From an uncultured bacterium (GTDB lineage: Bacteria > Chloroflexota > UBA5177 > JANWHV01): 64,000 nt of DNA. The notes below the pieces were generated by a model, which saw only the letters and a program-made list of their open reading frames with translations, was not told the DNA's origin and searched no databases. The stretch spans positions 1,024,001 to 1,088,000 of the forward strand of contig CAWHAE010000016.1 in the NCBI GenBank assembly GCA_963827235.1, read 5' to 3'. This document shows positions 52,775-62,455 of this stretch, in pieces; the stretch's first letter is position 1; each line of letters starts with the position of its first letter. Both the position numbers and the translations under genes were made by a program.

Positions 52775-53734
52775 ATGAGAGACATGGCATGGGCACCTGC
52801 GCAGAGCCGTCGCGCGCGCGCGCTGCAAACGGCCATCCGCCGCACCCTGGCATACGCGGACGTATTCGACTACCCACTGACATCTACCGAGCTGCATCGC
52901 TACCTGCACGACGAGTGTGCGACGCCGCAGGAAGTGCGCTCGCTGCTTGACGCAGGTATACCCGGTGTGGAAGAGCACAGCGGCTTCCACGTGTTGGCCG
53001 GCAGGCTCTGGATCGTGGCGGAGCGGCGACGGCGTGATGCCTTCAGCCGACCACTGCTGGCGCATCTTGGCCTATACGCGAAGATTCTCCGCTACCTTCC
53101 CTTCGTGCGAATGGCCGGACTGACCGGATCGCTCGCCATGCAGAATACCGACGGTCGGGGCGATATCGACTTGCTCGTGATCGCCGTGCCGGGGCGCGTC
53201 TGGCTTGCCCGCGCAGCGGTCATCGGGCTGGTACGACTGGCACGAGTGACCGGAGATGTGCTCTGCCCGAACTATATCCTCGCCGAAAGTTCGTTGGCGC
53301 TGGATGACGCGTCAATCTATGGCGCTCACGAGCTGGCGCAGCTCGTACCATTCTTTGGACGCGAAGTCTACTCGCGGCTGTGGTCCAGCAATCCGCAGGT
53401 CGCCGTTCTCCTGCCCAATGCCCGATCCTGGCCTATGAAGGAGGAACGAGCGATCCCCCTGGCTAGTGCACTGCAGCGAGGCATCGAGCATCTGCTTGGA
53501 GGTGCGCTCGGAGACAGGCTGGAGAGCTGGGAGCGGCGGCGAAAGACGGATCGACTGCGAGGGCAGGAGCGCACATGCTCTACGGAGATCGTGCTGTCGG
53601 CCGACCAATGCAAGGGTCATTTCGACCGTCACCGCGCGCGCGTGCTCCAAGCATACGATGAGCGGCTCGTCCGCGTGGAAGATGCCCAGGAGCGAGCCCA
53701 GCGCTCACGGACAGCCGACTGGAGTTACGCATGA
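52775..53734 (+). CDS. Pol-beta-like nucleotidyltransferase-fold protein of unknown function
   Basis: TLAYADVFDYPLT; LPFVRM..LTGSLAM.N...GDIDLLVI..PGRVWLAR; LCPNY. Confidence 0.72.
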   Translation: MRDMAWAPAQSRRARALQTAIRRTLAYADVFDYPLTSTELHRYLHDECATPQEVRSLLDAGIPGVEEHSGFHVLAGRLWIVAERRRRDAFSRPLLAHLGLYAKILRYLPFVRMAGLTGSLAMQNTDGRGDIDLLVIAVPGRVWLARAAVIGLVRLARVTGDVLCPNYILAESSLALDDASIYGAHELAQLVPFFGREVYSRLWSSNPQVAVLLPNARSWPMKEERAIPLASALQRGIEHLLGGALGDRLESWERRRKTDRLRGQERTCSTEIVLSADQCKGHFDRHRARVLQAYDERLVRVEDAQERAQRSRTADWSYA

Positions 53735-54066
53735 CGATGACAAGGCCGGATATCGTGTTCACCAACGCGCATGACATCAGTGCCGATCACCACGAGCAGA
53801 TCGCCATCCGCCCCTGCCCTGCCGTTGACCGCCTCTATACCGCCGCCTATCCACGCCGGCACACCTACGAAGTAGCGTCTACTGACTCCGTGTTTGAGAC
53901 GAATGAGAAGGATGTCGCCGCGAGCATACAGCGCCTCGAACCGCGTTCGTTCCGGCTACTACACGCTGGCTGCGACCCTGGCGGAACGCGAGAAGCGCAA
54001 GCGGGCCTAACAGCTGTCCGGCCCTGGCTTCTCCCACACCGGTGCGGGACTGGGGCAGGCCGATGA
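53731..54066 (+). pseudogene. Degenerate N-terminal remnant of a B12-binding radical SAM gene
   Basis: DIVFTNAH...IRPCPAVDRLYTAAYPRRHTYEVASTDS aligns by eye with DVLLGQSY...MQPYPPLGSLYAASYLRSLGYEIAFFDA of 39613; no CX3CX2C. Confidence 0.6.
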
Positions 54067-54950
54067 CCATGCGCTTAGGCAATCCGAAACAGGCGCCGGC
54101 CACTCACGCGAACGCCGCAGACGGCGCGGCGCCCATGGTGTATGAGCGGGCGGCCGCCGCCTTTAGCGCAGTCTCCGGGATCTACGATCTGGAGACAGAG
54201 CCAAACCCCGTTGTGGCCTGGGTTCGCGCTCGGACCTTCGGGCGGCTGGCCGCCGTCTTTGGACCCGGCGATCGCGTACTCGAGCTCGGCTGCGGCACGG
54301 GCGTTGAAGCGCTGGCCTTGGCGCACTGCGGCGTCGCTGTCGTGGCGACAGATGTCGCGCCTGGTATGCTCGCGGTGACACAGGAAAAGGTCCAGCAAGC
54401 CCGGCTGACGGGCTCGGTGTACGTCAAGCAAATGGCTGCTGGAGAGATTCGCAGCTTGATCGCGGACTACGCACCGGGCAGCTTCGCAGGTGTCTACTCC
54501 AGTTTTGGCGCACTCAACTGCGAGCCCAACCTGCAGGCCGTCGCCGATGGATTGGCGAATCTTGTGCGTCCGGGCGGCCGCGTGATGATTTCGGCGATCA
54601 ATCGCTTTCATCCCTTCGAGTTCGCCTGGTATGGGCTGCACGGCGATCTGCGCCGTGCCACACGCCGCTGGGGTGGCTACAGCGAAGGCACCGTGTCACC
54701 CACATTGCCGGATCGAGTGCCGACCTACTACTACACCCCGAGAGGCTTTGCAGAGGCGTTTGCGCCGTCGTTTCGCACGGTCGACTGCCGCGCGTTGCTC
54801 TTATTACTGCCACCGCCGTATCTCGCGCACCTTCTGACGCGATACCCTCGCATGTTTGGCGCGGCGGCTCTCCTGGAGTCGCAATTGGCCGCTTGGCCTG
54901 TGCTGCGCGCGCTGGGCGATCACTTCTGGCTGGAGCTCGAGCGTGTGTGA
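54063..54950 (+). CDS. Class I SAM-dependent methyltransferase
   Basis: VLELGCGTG, ATDVAPGML, YSSFGALNC, VRPGG. Confidence 0.9.
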   Translation: MTMRLGNPKQAPATHANAADGAAPMVYERAAAAFSAVSGIYDLETEPNPVVAWVRARTFGRLAAVFGPGDRVLELGCGTGVEALALAHCGVAVVATDVAPGMLAVTQEKVQQARLTGSVYVKQMAAGEIRSLIADYAPGSFAGVYSSFGALNCEPNLQAVADGLANLVRPGGRVMISAINRFHPFEFAWYGLHGDLRRATRRWGGYSEGTVSPTLPDRVPTYYYTPRGFAEAFAPSFRTVDCRALLLLLPPPYLAHLLTRYPRMFGAAALLESQLAAWPVLRALGDHFWLELERV

Positions 54951-55995
54951 ATCCGTGCGACAGGATTGGCCCGCTTATCGTTGCCCCTACTGCACGGAGG
55001 CACTCCGCCGGTTCGTGATCGGTGAAGGGCGCAGCGAGCACCGGCAGGACCCCTCGCTGCGCTGCCCCTCCTGCGGCCGATCCTATTCCCTCATTGACGG
55101 CATATGGCGGTTGATTCCGGCTGCGGAGCTGGCTCGCCTGCAGCCATTTATCGATCACTATCGGCGCGTCCGCAGGGCCGAGGACTGGGTGCCTGATCCC
55201 GCGCTCTTGCCACGTCTGCCATATGCGCCTGCCAGTTCGCATCATGTGACGATCTGGCGTCGGCGTGCTCGGTCTTTCGAACGCCTCCTGGCTGTACTGA
55301 CGCGCATCGGCACTGACGTGCCGATGCGCATTGTGGATCTTGGCGCCGGCAACTGCTGGCTCAGTGGACAGCTGGCCCGACGTGGCTACCGCGTCGAGGC
55401 GCTGGACGTGAACGTTGACGACGAGGACGGCCTCGCCGCGGCACGGCACCTTCTGGCGTCCGCGCTTGCGGTTCCGGCAACACCTTGCCCACGGGTCGCC
55501 GGCCACGGTCAGATGACATTCGGTGCGGAAGTGTGCGGCGTACCTTTCGGCCGGGTGCAGTCCTCCCTCGAGTGGTTGCCTTACTTGGATTGCCAGTTCG
55601 ATGCGGTGGTCGCGGCTGCGTCAGTACACTATGCGTTCGATCTCGATGCCGCCGTTGAAGAGGCCGCGCGGGTGCTTCGCCTGGGCGGCGCGCTGATCTT
55701 GCTCGACACGCCGCTCTATCGGCACGACTCGGCGGGACAGGCACTGGTCAGACGGCGCATCGCGGACCATCGCCGGCTATATGGCAGCGACGGCACGGGC
55801 GTGACCGGCCGGGCGTACCTGGACGTAGCTGCACTCCGCCGGGCCATGGCGCGCGCTGGGCTCACGTATCGCGAGGTTCCGGTACATGGCGCGGTGCGTG
55901 CACTGCTTGGCAAGTGGCGGCGTGCGGCACGGACCTTACGATGCCGAGAGGAGCGTGCCCAGATGCCGCTTGTGGTGGGAGTTCGACCATGCTGA
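54943..55995 (+). CDS. Class I SAM methyltransferase with N-terminal Zn-ribbon (Trm112-like)
   Basis: CPYC...CPSCGRSY..IDGI; IVDLGAGNCW, LPY..CQFD, RVLRLGG; start 54943 or 54955. Confidence 0.85.
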   Translation: MCESVRQDWPAYRCPYCTEALRRFVIGEGRSEHRQDPSLRCPSCGRSYSLIDGIWRLIPAAELARLQPFIDHYRRVRRAEDWVPDPALLPRLPYAPASSHHVTIWRRRARSFERLLAVLTRIGTDVPMRIVDLGAGNCWLSGQLARRGYRVEALDVNVDDEDGLAAARHLLASALAVPATPCPRVAGHGQMTFGAEVCGVPFGRVQSSLEWLPYLDCQFDAVVAAASVHYAFDLDAAVEEAARVLRLGGALILLDTPLYRHDSAGQALVRRRIADHRRLYGSDGTGVTGRAYLDVAALRRAMARAGLTYREVPVHGAVRALLGKWRRAARTLRCREERAQMPLVVGVRPC

Positions 55996-57452
55996 TCCTC
56001 TACAATCCGCGTGTCGCAGAATCGAAGGCCCGTATTCCCATGTCGATCGCTGCACTGGCAGCCGTGCTGGAGGGCGTGCGAGACTACATCATTGTCGACG
56101 GCAACCTCGATGCCGATCCGCTGAGTAGGATCGCAGCCGTACTGGATAGCATGCCGAGCCCACACGTCCTGCTTTGTACGGTCATGCCCGGCCCGCAATT
56201 GTCGCGTGCGGTGCCGCACACACGGGCCCTCAAACAGCGATATCCGAGTCTGACAACGGTGTGGGGCGGTTACTTCCCATCTATGCACCCCGACGTGACG
56301 CTGCACTCAGGCTATGTGGACTACGTCGTGCTGGGCCAGGGTGAACAGACGCTACTGCAGCTGTTGGAGGTGCTGGAACATGGCGGAGCACTGCGCGAGG
56401 TCGACGGCCTCTGTTATCTCGAACAGGGCACTGTGAAGCGCAACCGGGCGCGTGCTCTGACCGATCCCAATGAGCTGCCCTGGTTTCCCTACCACCGACT
56501 GCCGATGGATCGCTATCTCGGCCGCACATTCATGGGAAAGCGGACGGTTTGCCACCATTCCAGTGTCTCCTGTCCCTTTCCCTGCAGCTTCTGCGCCGTT
56601 ATCAAAGTGTATGGCCGCGGCTGGCTCGCCGAGACACCGGAACGGATGCACGGTACTCTCCAGCATCTCCAGCGGGGCTATGGGATCGACGCGGTGGAAT
56701 TCTACGACAACAACTTCTTCACGCACGAGTCGCGCACCGTGGAGTTTTCCGAGCGTATCCGCAGCATGGGTATCTCCTGGTGGGGCGAAGGCCGTGTAGA
56801 TACCCTGCTCAAGTACAGCGATCACTCCTGGTCGCTGATGCGGGACGCCGGATTGAAGTCCGTGTTCATGGGAGCCGAATCGGGATCCGCGGCCGCGCTT
56901 GCCGAGATGAAGAAGAATCCGCTCAGCACGCACGACACGCTGGAGATCGCCAGGCGCTGCGAAGCATACGGCGTCGTGCCGGAGTTCAGCTTCGTCCTGG
57001 GCAACCCGCGGGACCCGCGCCGCGACATCGAAGATAGCATCGCGTTCATCTGCGCAGTGAAGAAGATCAGCCCGCGGTCCGAGATCTCACTGTATCTGTA
57101 CACGCCTATGCCCGGTGGCGACATGTACGAGGAGGCCGTGTCCAGGGGATTTGCCTATCCGGAGACCCTGGAGGAATGGGTGAGCGATCGATGGCTGCGC
57201 TTCAGCTCGATGCGCGATCCGCAGACTCCATGGCTGACAACACGCGACATCGCGCGGGTGCACGACTTCGAAGCGGTGCTGAACGCCCACTTCCCCTCAC
57301 ATACTGATATCAGTCTGACGCGGCTTCAACGGCGCACGCTGCACGCGCTGAGCTGGCTGCGCTACCGGCTGCGCGTGTACGGTCATCCGCTCGAGTTGCG
57401 TAAGGCTCTGGCAAGTGTCCACTACCGTCACCCACAAGTGGAGGGCTTTTAG
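55989..57452 (+). CDS. B12-binding domain radical SAM protein
   Basis: PMSIAALAAVL, VWGGYFPS, GQGE, CPFPCSFC (CX3CX2C), GAESGS, YTPMPG. Confidence 0.93.
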   Translation: MLILYNPRVAESKARIPMSIAALAAVLEGVRDYIIVDGNLDADPLSRIAAVLDSMPSPHVLLCTVMPGPQLSRAVPHTRALKQRYPSLTTVWGGYFPSMHPDVTLHSGYVDYVVLGQGEQTLLQLLEVLEHGGALREVDGLCYLEQGTVKRNRARALTDPNELPWFPYHRLPMDRYLGRTFMGKRTVCHHSSVSCPFPCSFCAVIKVYGRGWLAETPERMHGTLQHLQRGYGIDAVEFYDNNFFTHESRTVEFSERIRSMGISWWGEGRVDTLLKYSDHSWSLMRDAGLKSVFMGAESGSAAALAEMKKNPLSTHDTLEIARRCEAYGVVPEFSFVLGNPRDPRRDIEDSIAFICAVKKISPRSEISLYLYTPMPGGDMYEEAVSRGFAYPETLEEWVSDRWLRFSSMRDPQTPWLTTRDIARVHDFEAVLNAHFPSHTDISLTRLQRRTLHALSWLRYRLRVYGHPLELRKALASVHYRHPQVEGF

Positions 57453-57455
57453 GCC

Positions 57456-58280
57456 GTGTGGAACGAAGACTCGGATACCGGGTCGGACGCTATGGTCAGA
57501 CTGCCTCGCAATAATCGCGGCACAGTGCCCGAAGCCAGCTGCCTTCATGCCGTGACGCCAAGAGGTGTCTACCTGGACATGCGCCGCCCGGGCATCGCCG
57601 CTCGTGTGGCACGCCGCCTGTATGCCCTGCACTTCCGCGTCGCCCAGGCTCACCGCTACGACAGTATCGACCTGGCCACCGTTCATGGGCTGCGGCTGCT
57701 GGTGGTCCCGGGCGTCTTCCATCCGGAATTCTTTTTCGCCACCGAGTTCTTCCTGAGCTGTCTCGACGGCGTACCCGTGAAAGGCTTGCGGGCGCTCGAC
57801 ATGGGATGTGGCTCGGGCGCGCTGGCCGTGGCACTTGCCAAGCGCGGTGCAGACGTCGTAGCAGTCGACATCAACTCCGAGGCCGTTCGCTGCACCCGCG
57901 CAAACGTCTTGCTGCACGGACTCGAGGGGCGCGTGCACGTCGAGGAAGGCGATCTCTTCGCATCGCTTGCGGACCGGGAATTCGCATTCGATCTGATGGT
58001 ATTCAATCCGCCTTTCTACGCGCGCAGTCCCCGCAGCATGCCCGATCGGGCGTGGGCTGCCGGACCACGCTGCGACACTGTCGTGCGGTTCTGCCGCGAT
58101 GCGCCCGGCTATCTGGCAGCAGGCGGCGAACTTCTGCTGATGGGTTCCACAGAAGCTCCGTACACGCCCATGCTGCGGCGGATGCCTGGCTTTAGCGTAC
58201 GTCAACTTGCGCAGCGTGAGCTGGTCTCCGAGCGATTGATGCTCTTCGCTTTGCGCGCCGATAGGCAGCTACAACCTTGA
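57456..58280 (+). CDS. HemK/MTQ2-like methyltransferase (NPPF)
   Basis: PGVFHP, ALDMGCGSG, VDIN, GDLF, FDLMVFNPPFY; start may be ATG 57579. Confidence 0.87.
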   Translation: MWNEDSDTGSDAMVRLPRNNRGTVPEASCLHAVTPRGVYLDMRRPGIAARVARRLYALHFRVAQAHRYDSIDLATVHGLRLLVVPGVFHPEFFFATEFFLSCLDGVPVKGLRALDMGCGSGALAVALAKRGADVVAVDINSEAVRCTRANVLLHGLEGRVHVEEGDLFASLADREFAFDLMVFNPPFYARSPRSMPDRAWAAGPRCDTVVRFCRDAPGYLAAGGELLLMGSTEAPYTPMLRRMPGFSVRQLAQRELVSERLMLFALRADRQLQP

Positions 58281-58329
58281 GCCGTCTGGTTGTGGATGGG
58301 GTTAGCCACCACGAAATGGTGATCGGCAT

Positions 58330-58825
58330 TGGTTCGGCGGTGCTGTAGGCTGCATCGTAAACGGGAATCGCGTCCTCGCACCCGTACGGCCAAGGTACTG
58401 GCTCCGACCAGCTTGCCGCCGGATCTCGCTGCGACGCACCATGCCGACAGTTGCGCAGTCCTTGCGGTGACCGCGCGGTATGGTATGTAGTGTGCGAGAT
58501 ACTCCCGCAGGACACGAAGCATATGGGTTCTACTCAGGATAAGCAACTGGTCGAGGCACTCGCGGCGCACAATGTCGAGCATCCTTTCACAGCAGGCATT
58601 TTCCGTTCGGGCGCGGTAGACCGTACGCATCTCGTGCATGCCGGTGGCCGCGGCAAGGGCAGAGAAGGCCGGCCTAGACGTGCTGTCGGCGTCGTGAATG
58701 AGTTGCTTGGGGTGCCGATCAAACGCCCTTCCCTCGTGCAGCTGTTGGGTGACCAGGCATCGGTCGGGTGGTGAGTGAAGCCGGCATGCACGATCGTGCG
58801 CGTGCCCAGTTCCATGGAAAGACAT
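58330..58825 (-). mobile_element. Integrase-core (rve) transposase remnant
   Basis: ELGTR.IVH.G.T.HPTDAW, LIHD.DS, NACCER...VRRECLD...LRVLREYLAHY; frameshifted. Confidence 0.75.
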
Positions 58826-58974
58826 GGACGGAGGGAAGCAGACGCTCGCGCGTGCTAAGAAACGTGCTAAGGCAAACCCGCTATTGTGCCAAGGAACTCA
58901 CCTACAACTTGGCCGCCCTGGCCGTGTAAAGACCAGCTGGTGCGTGAAGATCTGCATCTTCAGCACGCTGCGCG

Positions 58975-59002
58975 TGCACTTTCCGTGCCCACGGACGTAT
59001 CA
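58975..59002 (+). promoter_or_regulatory. Possible ECF-type promoter for the sigma gene
   Basis: TGCACT-N15-CGTATC about 60 nt upstream of 59060. Confidence 0.4.
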
Positions 59003-59059
59003 GTATGTGGATGCACGCGTAGACGAAGAATTGCGGGCGATGAAAGAGGATGGCGCACA

Positions 59060-59626
59060 GTGCAGGCGGCCCACAACGAATTTTCCTGCTGCCATATCGG
59101 CCCGTGGCGGTCTGCTCAGCGGCTGAACGCCAAAGACGATGTGGCGTTTGCGGCGGTCTACGAGCGGTATCTGCCCACCGTGTACCGCTATCTGCGCGGC
59201 CAGACCGGATCGCCCGAGACAGCGGAGGATCTGACCAGTCTGACGTTCATGCGGGCGCTGCACGCGTTTTCTCGGTACCAGTCCGCTCACCCGGCCCAAG
59301 CATGGCTGCTGCGCATCGCCCATAACGCCCTTATCGATCACCGCCGGGCATCATCCCGGGCCGCGCGCCTATTGGCGAGGCTAGCAGGGATGCGCATGGA
59401 GACCAGCGTGCAGCCGAGATCCACGGACGACATCGGCGGGTTCCTAGCACTGACCGCCGACCTGCCCAAGGCGCAACGTGACGCGCTGGCGCTGCGGTTT
59501 CTGGCCGATCTCGACGTAGACGAAGTGGCCGCAGTGCTGGGACGCAGTCGAAGCGGGACGCGCATGCTGCTGTTTTGCGCGTTGCGGACCTTGCGCGCCC
59601 GCGCAGAGCATGAGGGATGGCGATGA
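59060..59626 (+). CDS. ECF RNA polymerase sigma factor
   Basis: AFAAVYERY...VYRY...AEDLTS.TF...WLLRIAHN (sigma2); LPKAQRDALALRF...EVAAVLG (sigma4). Confidence 0.9.
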   Translation: MQAAHNEFSCCHIGPWRSAQRLNAKDDVAFAAVYERYLPTVYRYLRGQTGSPETAEDLTSLTFMRALHAFSRYQSAHPAQAWLLRIAHNALIDHRRASSRAARLLARLAGMRMETSVQPRSTDDIGGFLALTADLPKAQRDALALRFLADLDVDEVAAVLGRSRSGTRMLLFCALRTLRARAEHEGWR

Positions 59627-60606
59627 AGCAACACACTCGTGGCGAGGACGCCGAGATCGATCTGCTGATCGACGGGGCGGATCCCGCTGTGCTCAGCCCC
59701 GTGCTTCGGGGCGTGCGGCAGCGGCTCACCGATGCACGGCAGGGTGCACCGAGGGAGCCCTTCGTGGCGACGCTTCGCTCGTCGCTCGCGCACCCACGGC
59801 GCGCTGCCTACGCCAGAACCGCCAGCGCGTATCGACCCTCGCCAGGTCGTTGGCTGGCTGCGGCCCTTGCCGTCCTGCTCGTGGGTGGGCTCGGTCTTGC
59901 GACCGTCGGCAGGTTCGCAGACCTGCGGCAGCCACTCACACGCCAGCCGGGCCATCAGAGTGGAGGCGGGCCAATCCTTGCGGCCACACCCGGCCTGCCG
60001 GCAACACCACGCGCGGGTCCCACATCGTCCACGTGCTGGAGCGGCGGTACGTGCACCTCGGTGATCGGCGTGGCGTTCAACCTGCCGCCTGGCTGGGCTC
60101 CGGCGCACTCCACGCGCTATCCTCCGAACGTTCTGGCCCTGCAATCGGCTGCTGCGGGCAAACCGGGCCCCGTTCTGCACATGAGCATCACGCTGGAAGG
60201 CTCGTACTCCGGTTGCAGCGATGCACAGGCTGCCAAGGCCGTGGCGCGGGCGCGGGCGCACAGCGTGCGCGTACCGGTGAAGAGCACCGGGATGACCGTA
60301 GGTGGGGAGCCTGCTTTCATACTGCGGGGTCTGCCGGGCGAACCGGACTACGGGCTGACAATCGTCGTATCGCACGTCGGATCTCTGTACGAGATCAACA
60401 CCTTCGACCACGCCCGCCAAGACCTGACGTCACAGCAACACTGGGTGGTGAAGAGCCTGCGATTCGTGCCAACGGACCTCTTTGGCCGCGCTCCCTTCCA
60501 TGATGGGAGCGATCCTATCGTCACAGGTGCTCTGGCAGCGTGTGCTGCCAAGCCGGCAGTGACCGCGCGACCGCGCACCATAGGCACGCCGACGGTACCG
60601 TCGTAG
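59623..60606 (+). CDS. Single-TM protein, probable anti-sigma partner
   Basis: ATGA overlap with sigma; PREPFVATLR, TM WLAAALAVLLVGGLGL, extracytoplasmic domain with FNLPPGW. Confidence 0.65.
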   Translation: MKQHTRGEDAEIDLLIDGADPAVLSPVLRGVRQRLTDARQGAPREPFVATLRSSLAHPRRAAYARTASAYRPSPGRWLAAALAVLLVGGLGLATVGRFADLRQPLTRQPGHQSGGGPILAATPGLPATPRAGPTSSTCWSGGTCTSVIGVAFNLPPGWAPAHSTRYPPNVLALQSAAAGKPGPVLHMSITLEGSYSGCSDAQAAKAVARARAHSVRVPVKSTGMTVGGEPAFILRGLPGEPDYGLTIVVSHVGSLYEINTFDHARQDLTSQQHWVVKSLRFVPTDLFGRAPFHDGSDPIVTGALAACAAKPAVTARPRTIGTPTVPS

Positions 60607-60884
60607 TCAGCCGGACCGACCCGGACGCTGGATTGGTTAGCCGGGAAGGTGTCCCACTCGCGGCCGTGCTCATCCAGTCCCTGGGGGCCGCCATCGCATA
60701 CAACGTCAAGAAGCTCGCCCGCTGGCACCCTCGGCTGCCGCAGGAAACAGGTCTGGCCTGCCAGCGGCCAGCGCCCCTACTCGCCAACGACTCGTCATGG
60801 TTCGCATTGGATGGGTACTTACCGTCGTCGCGGGCATCGTGGCGCCCCTGCCATTCGTGCCAGAGTCTGACTTCGCCAACAGGC
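60607..60884 (+). mobile_element. IS1182-like transposase remnant (internally deleted)
   Basis: SRTDPDA joined to AAIAYNVKKL; end-like GACTTCGCCAACAGGC at 60869-60884. Confidence 0.5.
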
Positions 60885-61206
60885 TGCCTTGAAGCATTTA
60901 GACGATCATGCCGCCACACCTCCACAAAGAAGGGACATCGTTTGCCCGGAGAGTTCTCAGTTCCCGGCAACTCGCTAGCTTGCCTTTAGCAGGCGCCGAC
61001 AGTGACTCTAGGGACTTCTAACGGGGCTGGGGGAGGACACTGAAAACCGTTGACCAGAATCCGAAGTATTTCGTAGGCTGATTGTCAGCAGTGACGACTA
61101 GCTTCTGCCGGGCTCTCTGCGTAGCGAAACAGGAGACCAAGTATACTACGTGCAGACTTCCTGGTGTGCCTGGCCCGCTGGATAGTTTGCGAGGTGCTGA
61201 GCGCCG

Positions 61207-61947
61207 ATGAGCAGATCGTCGACCGTAGTAGCCCTGCAGCAGGAGGCGCTCTGGCATCGGGTAGTCTATGCTCTGCGCCGGGCCATCGTGATGGGAGAGC
61301 TTGAAGCAGGTGCCCACCTCAAAGAGCCGGCGCTGGCCCTGCGGTATGGGGTAAGCCGGCTGCCCATCCGGGAGGCCATCACTCAGTTGGAGCGGGAAGG
61401 ACTCGTGCGCGGTGAGCCGCGGCGCGGCGCCTACGTGGTCGGCATCACGGACCAGGTGATTAGCGATATCTACGCCTGCCGGCTGCTGCTGGAGTCGTAC
61501 GCTCTACGACAGTTGGCGGCGCGCATAGACGCGGCCGGGCTGGCAGCGCTGACGGAGCAGGTGGACCAGATGGAACAGGACATGGCGGCCGGCCGGGTGC
61601 AGGGGGTAGCGGCCAACGACATGGCCTTTCACCGGCGGACCGTTGAGCTGGCCGGAAATCGGGCGCTGGCGACGGCCTGGGAGCCCTTGACGCCGTTGAT
61701 CGAGACGGCCCTGGGGATCGCCGAGGCGACGGTGCCAGACCTGCCGACCGCGGTGCACGGGCATCGGCTGATCCTGGGTGCCCTGGCAGAGCACGATGCG
61801 GAAGGCGCGGTGGCGATGCTAGCCGAGCACCTGCCGGGTGGCCAGAAGCTGGTACTCGACGCGATCCGGCACGCTCGCGAAGGGCGTGGCGGGCGCGACC
61901 GCGAACAAAGGGCGCCGCGTGCCGGCCGACGCCGCAGCGCGAATTGA
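61207..61947 (+). CDS. GntR family regulator (FCD)
   Basis: LRRAIVMGEL..G.HLKE..LA.RYGVSR.PIREA..QLEREGLV; FHRR.VELAGN. Confidence 0.93.
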   Translation: MSRSSTVVALQQEALWHRVVYALRRAIVMGELEAGAHLKEPALALRYGVSRLPIREAITQLEREGLVRGEPRRGAYVVGITDQVISDIYACRLLLESYALRQLAARIDAAGLAALTEQVDQMEQDMAAGRVQGVAANDMAFHRRTVELAGNRALATAWEPLTPLIETALGIAEATVPDLPTAVHGHRLILGALAEHDAEGAVAMLAEHLPGGQKLVLDAIRHAREGRGGRDREQRAPRAGRRRSAN

Positions 61948-62179
61948 CGCCCTAGCTCCGCGCGGGCAGTGCTGCTCGTTCGGCTAGGTGGCCCGCGTCC
62001 TCTCTGCGGAGATGGCTTGGCGGCATGCGTCGGCGACGCAGTCCCCAGTAGCGCTGCAATAGCACCGCCGGGCGATCACACACCGGAAACCGGCGCTGCT
62101 GCCGGCGGTGGCGTCAAGCATGCCGCGGCGCCTGTCAGTTGCCCCGGCAGCTGGGTCTCGCCCCCTGTGCTGGTGCAGG

Positions 62180-62430
62180 CTAGGCGCTGCTTCCCCCGGC
62201 GTTCAGCGCCAGGTTGCGCCCGTCCAGGAACAACACGTGGCCGTTGACGAAGGCGGCATGGGAAGCAACGAAGAAGGCGGGAGGAAGGTCAGCACCGGAT
62301 GCGTCGGTATTGCCGACCATCAGATCTTGTCCTGTCTTGCCGAGCCCAACCGCCGTAGCATGCCCCAGCCCGCAGAGCGCCGGGCGCCCGTCACCAGCCC
62401 CACTTTACGGTGAGGCCGCAGTTCCCAATT
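62180..62430 (-). pseudogene. SDR remnant (N- and C-terminal stubs joined)
   Basis: KVGLVTGA... and AFFVASHAAFVNGHVLFLDG. Confidence 0.5.
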
Positions 62431-62455
62431 CTCATCGCTACACCCCTCCAAGAGA

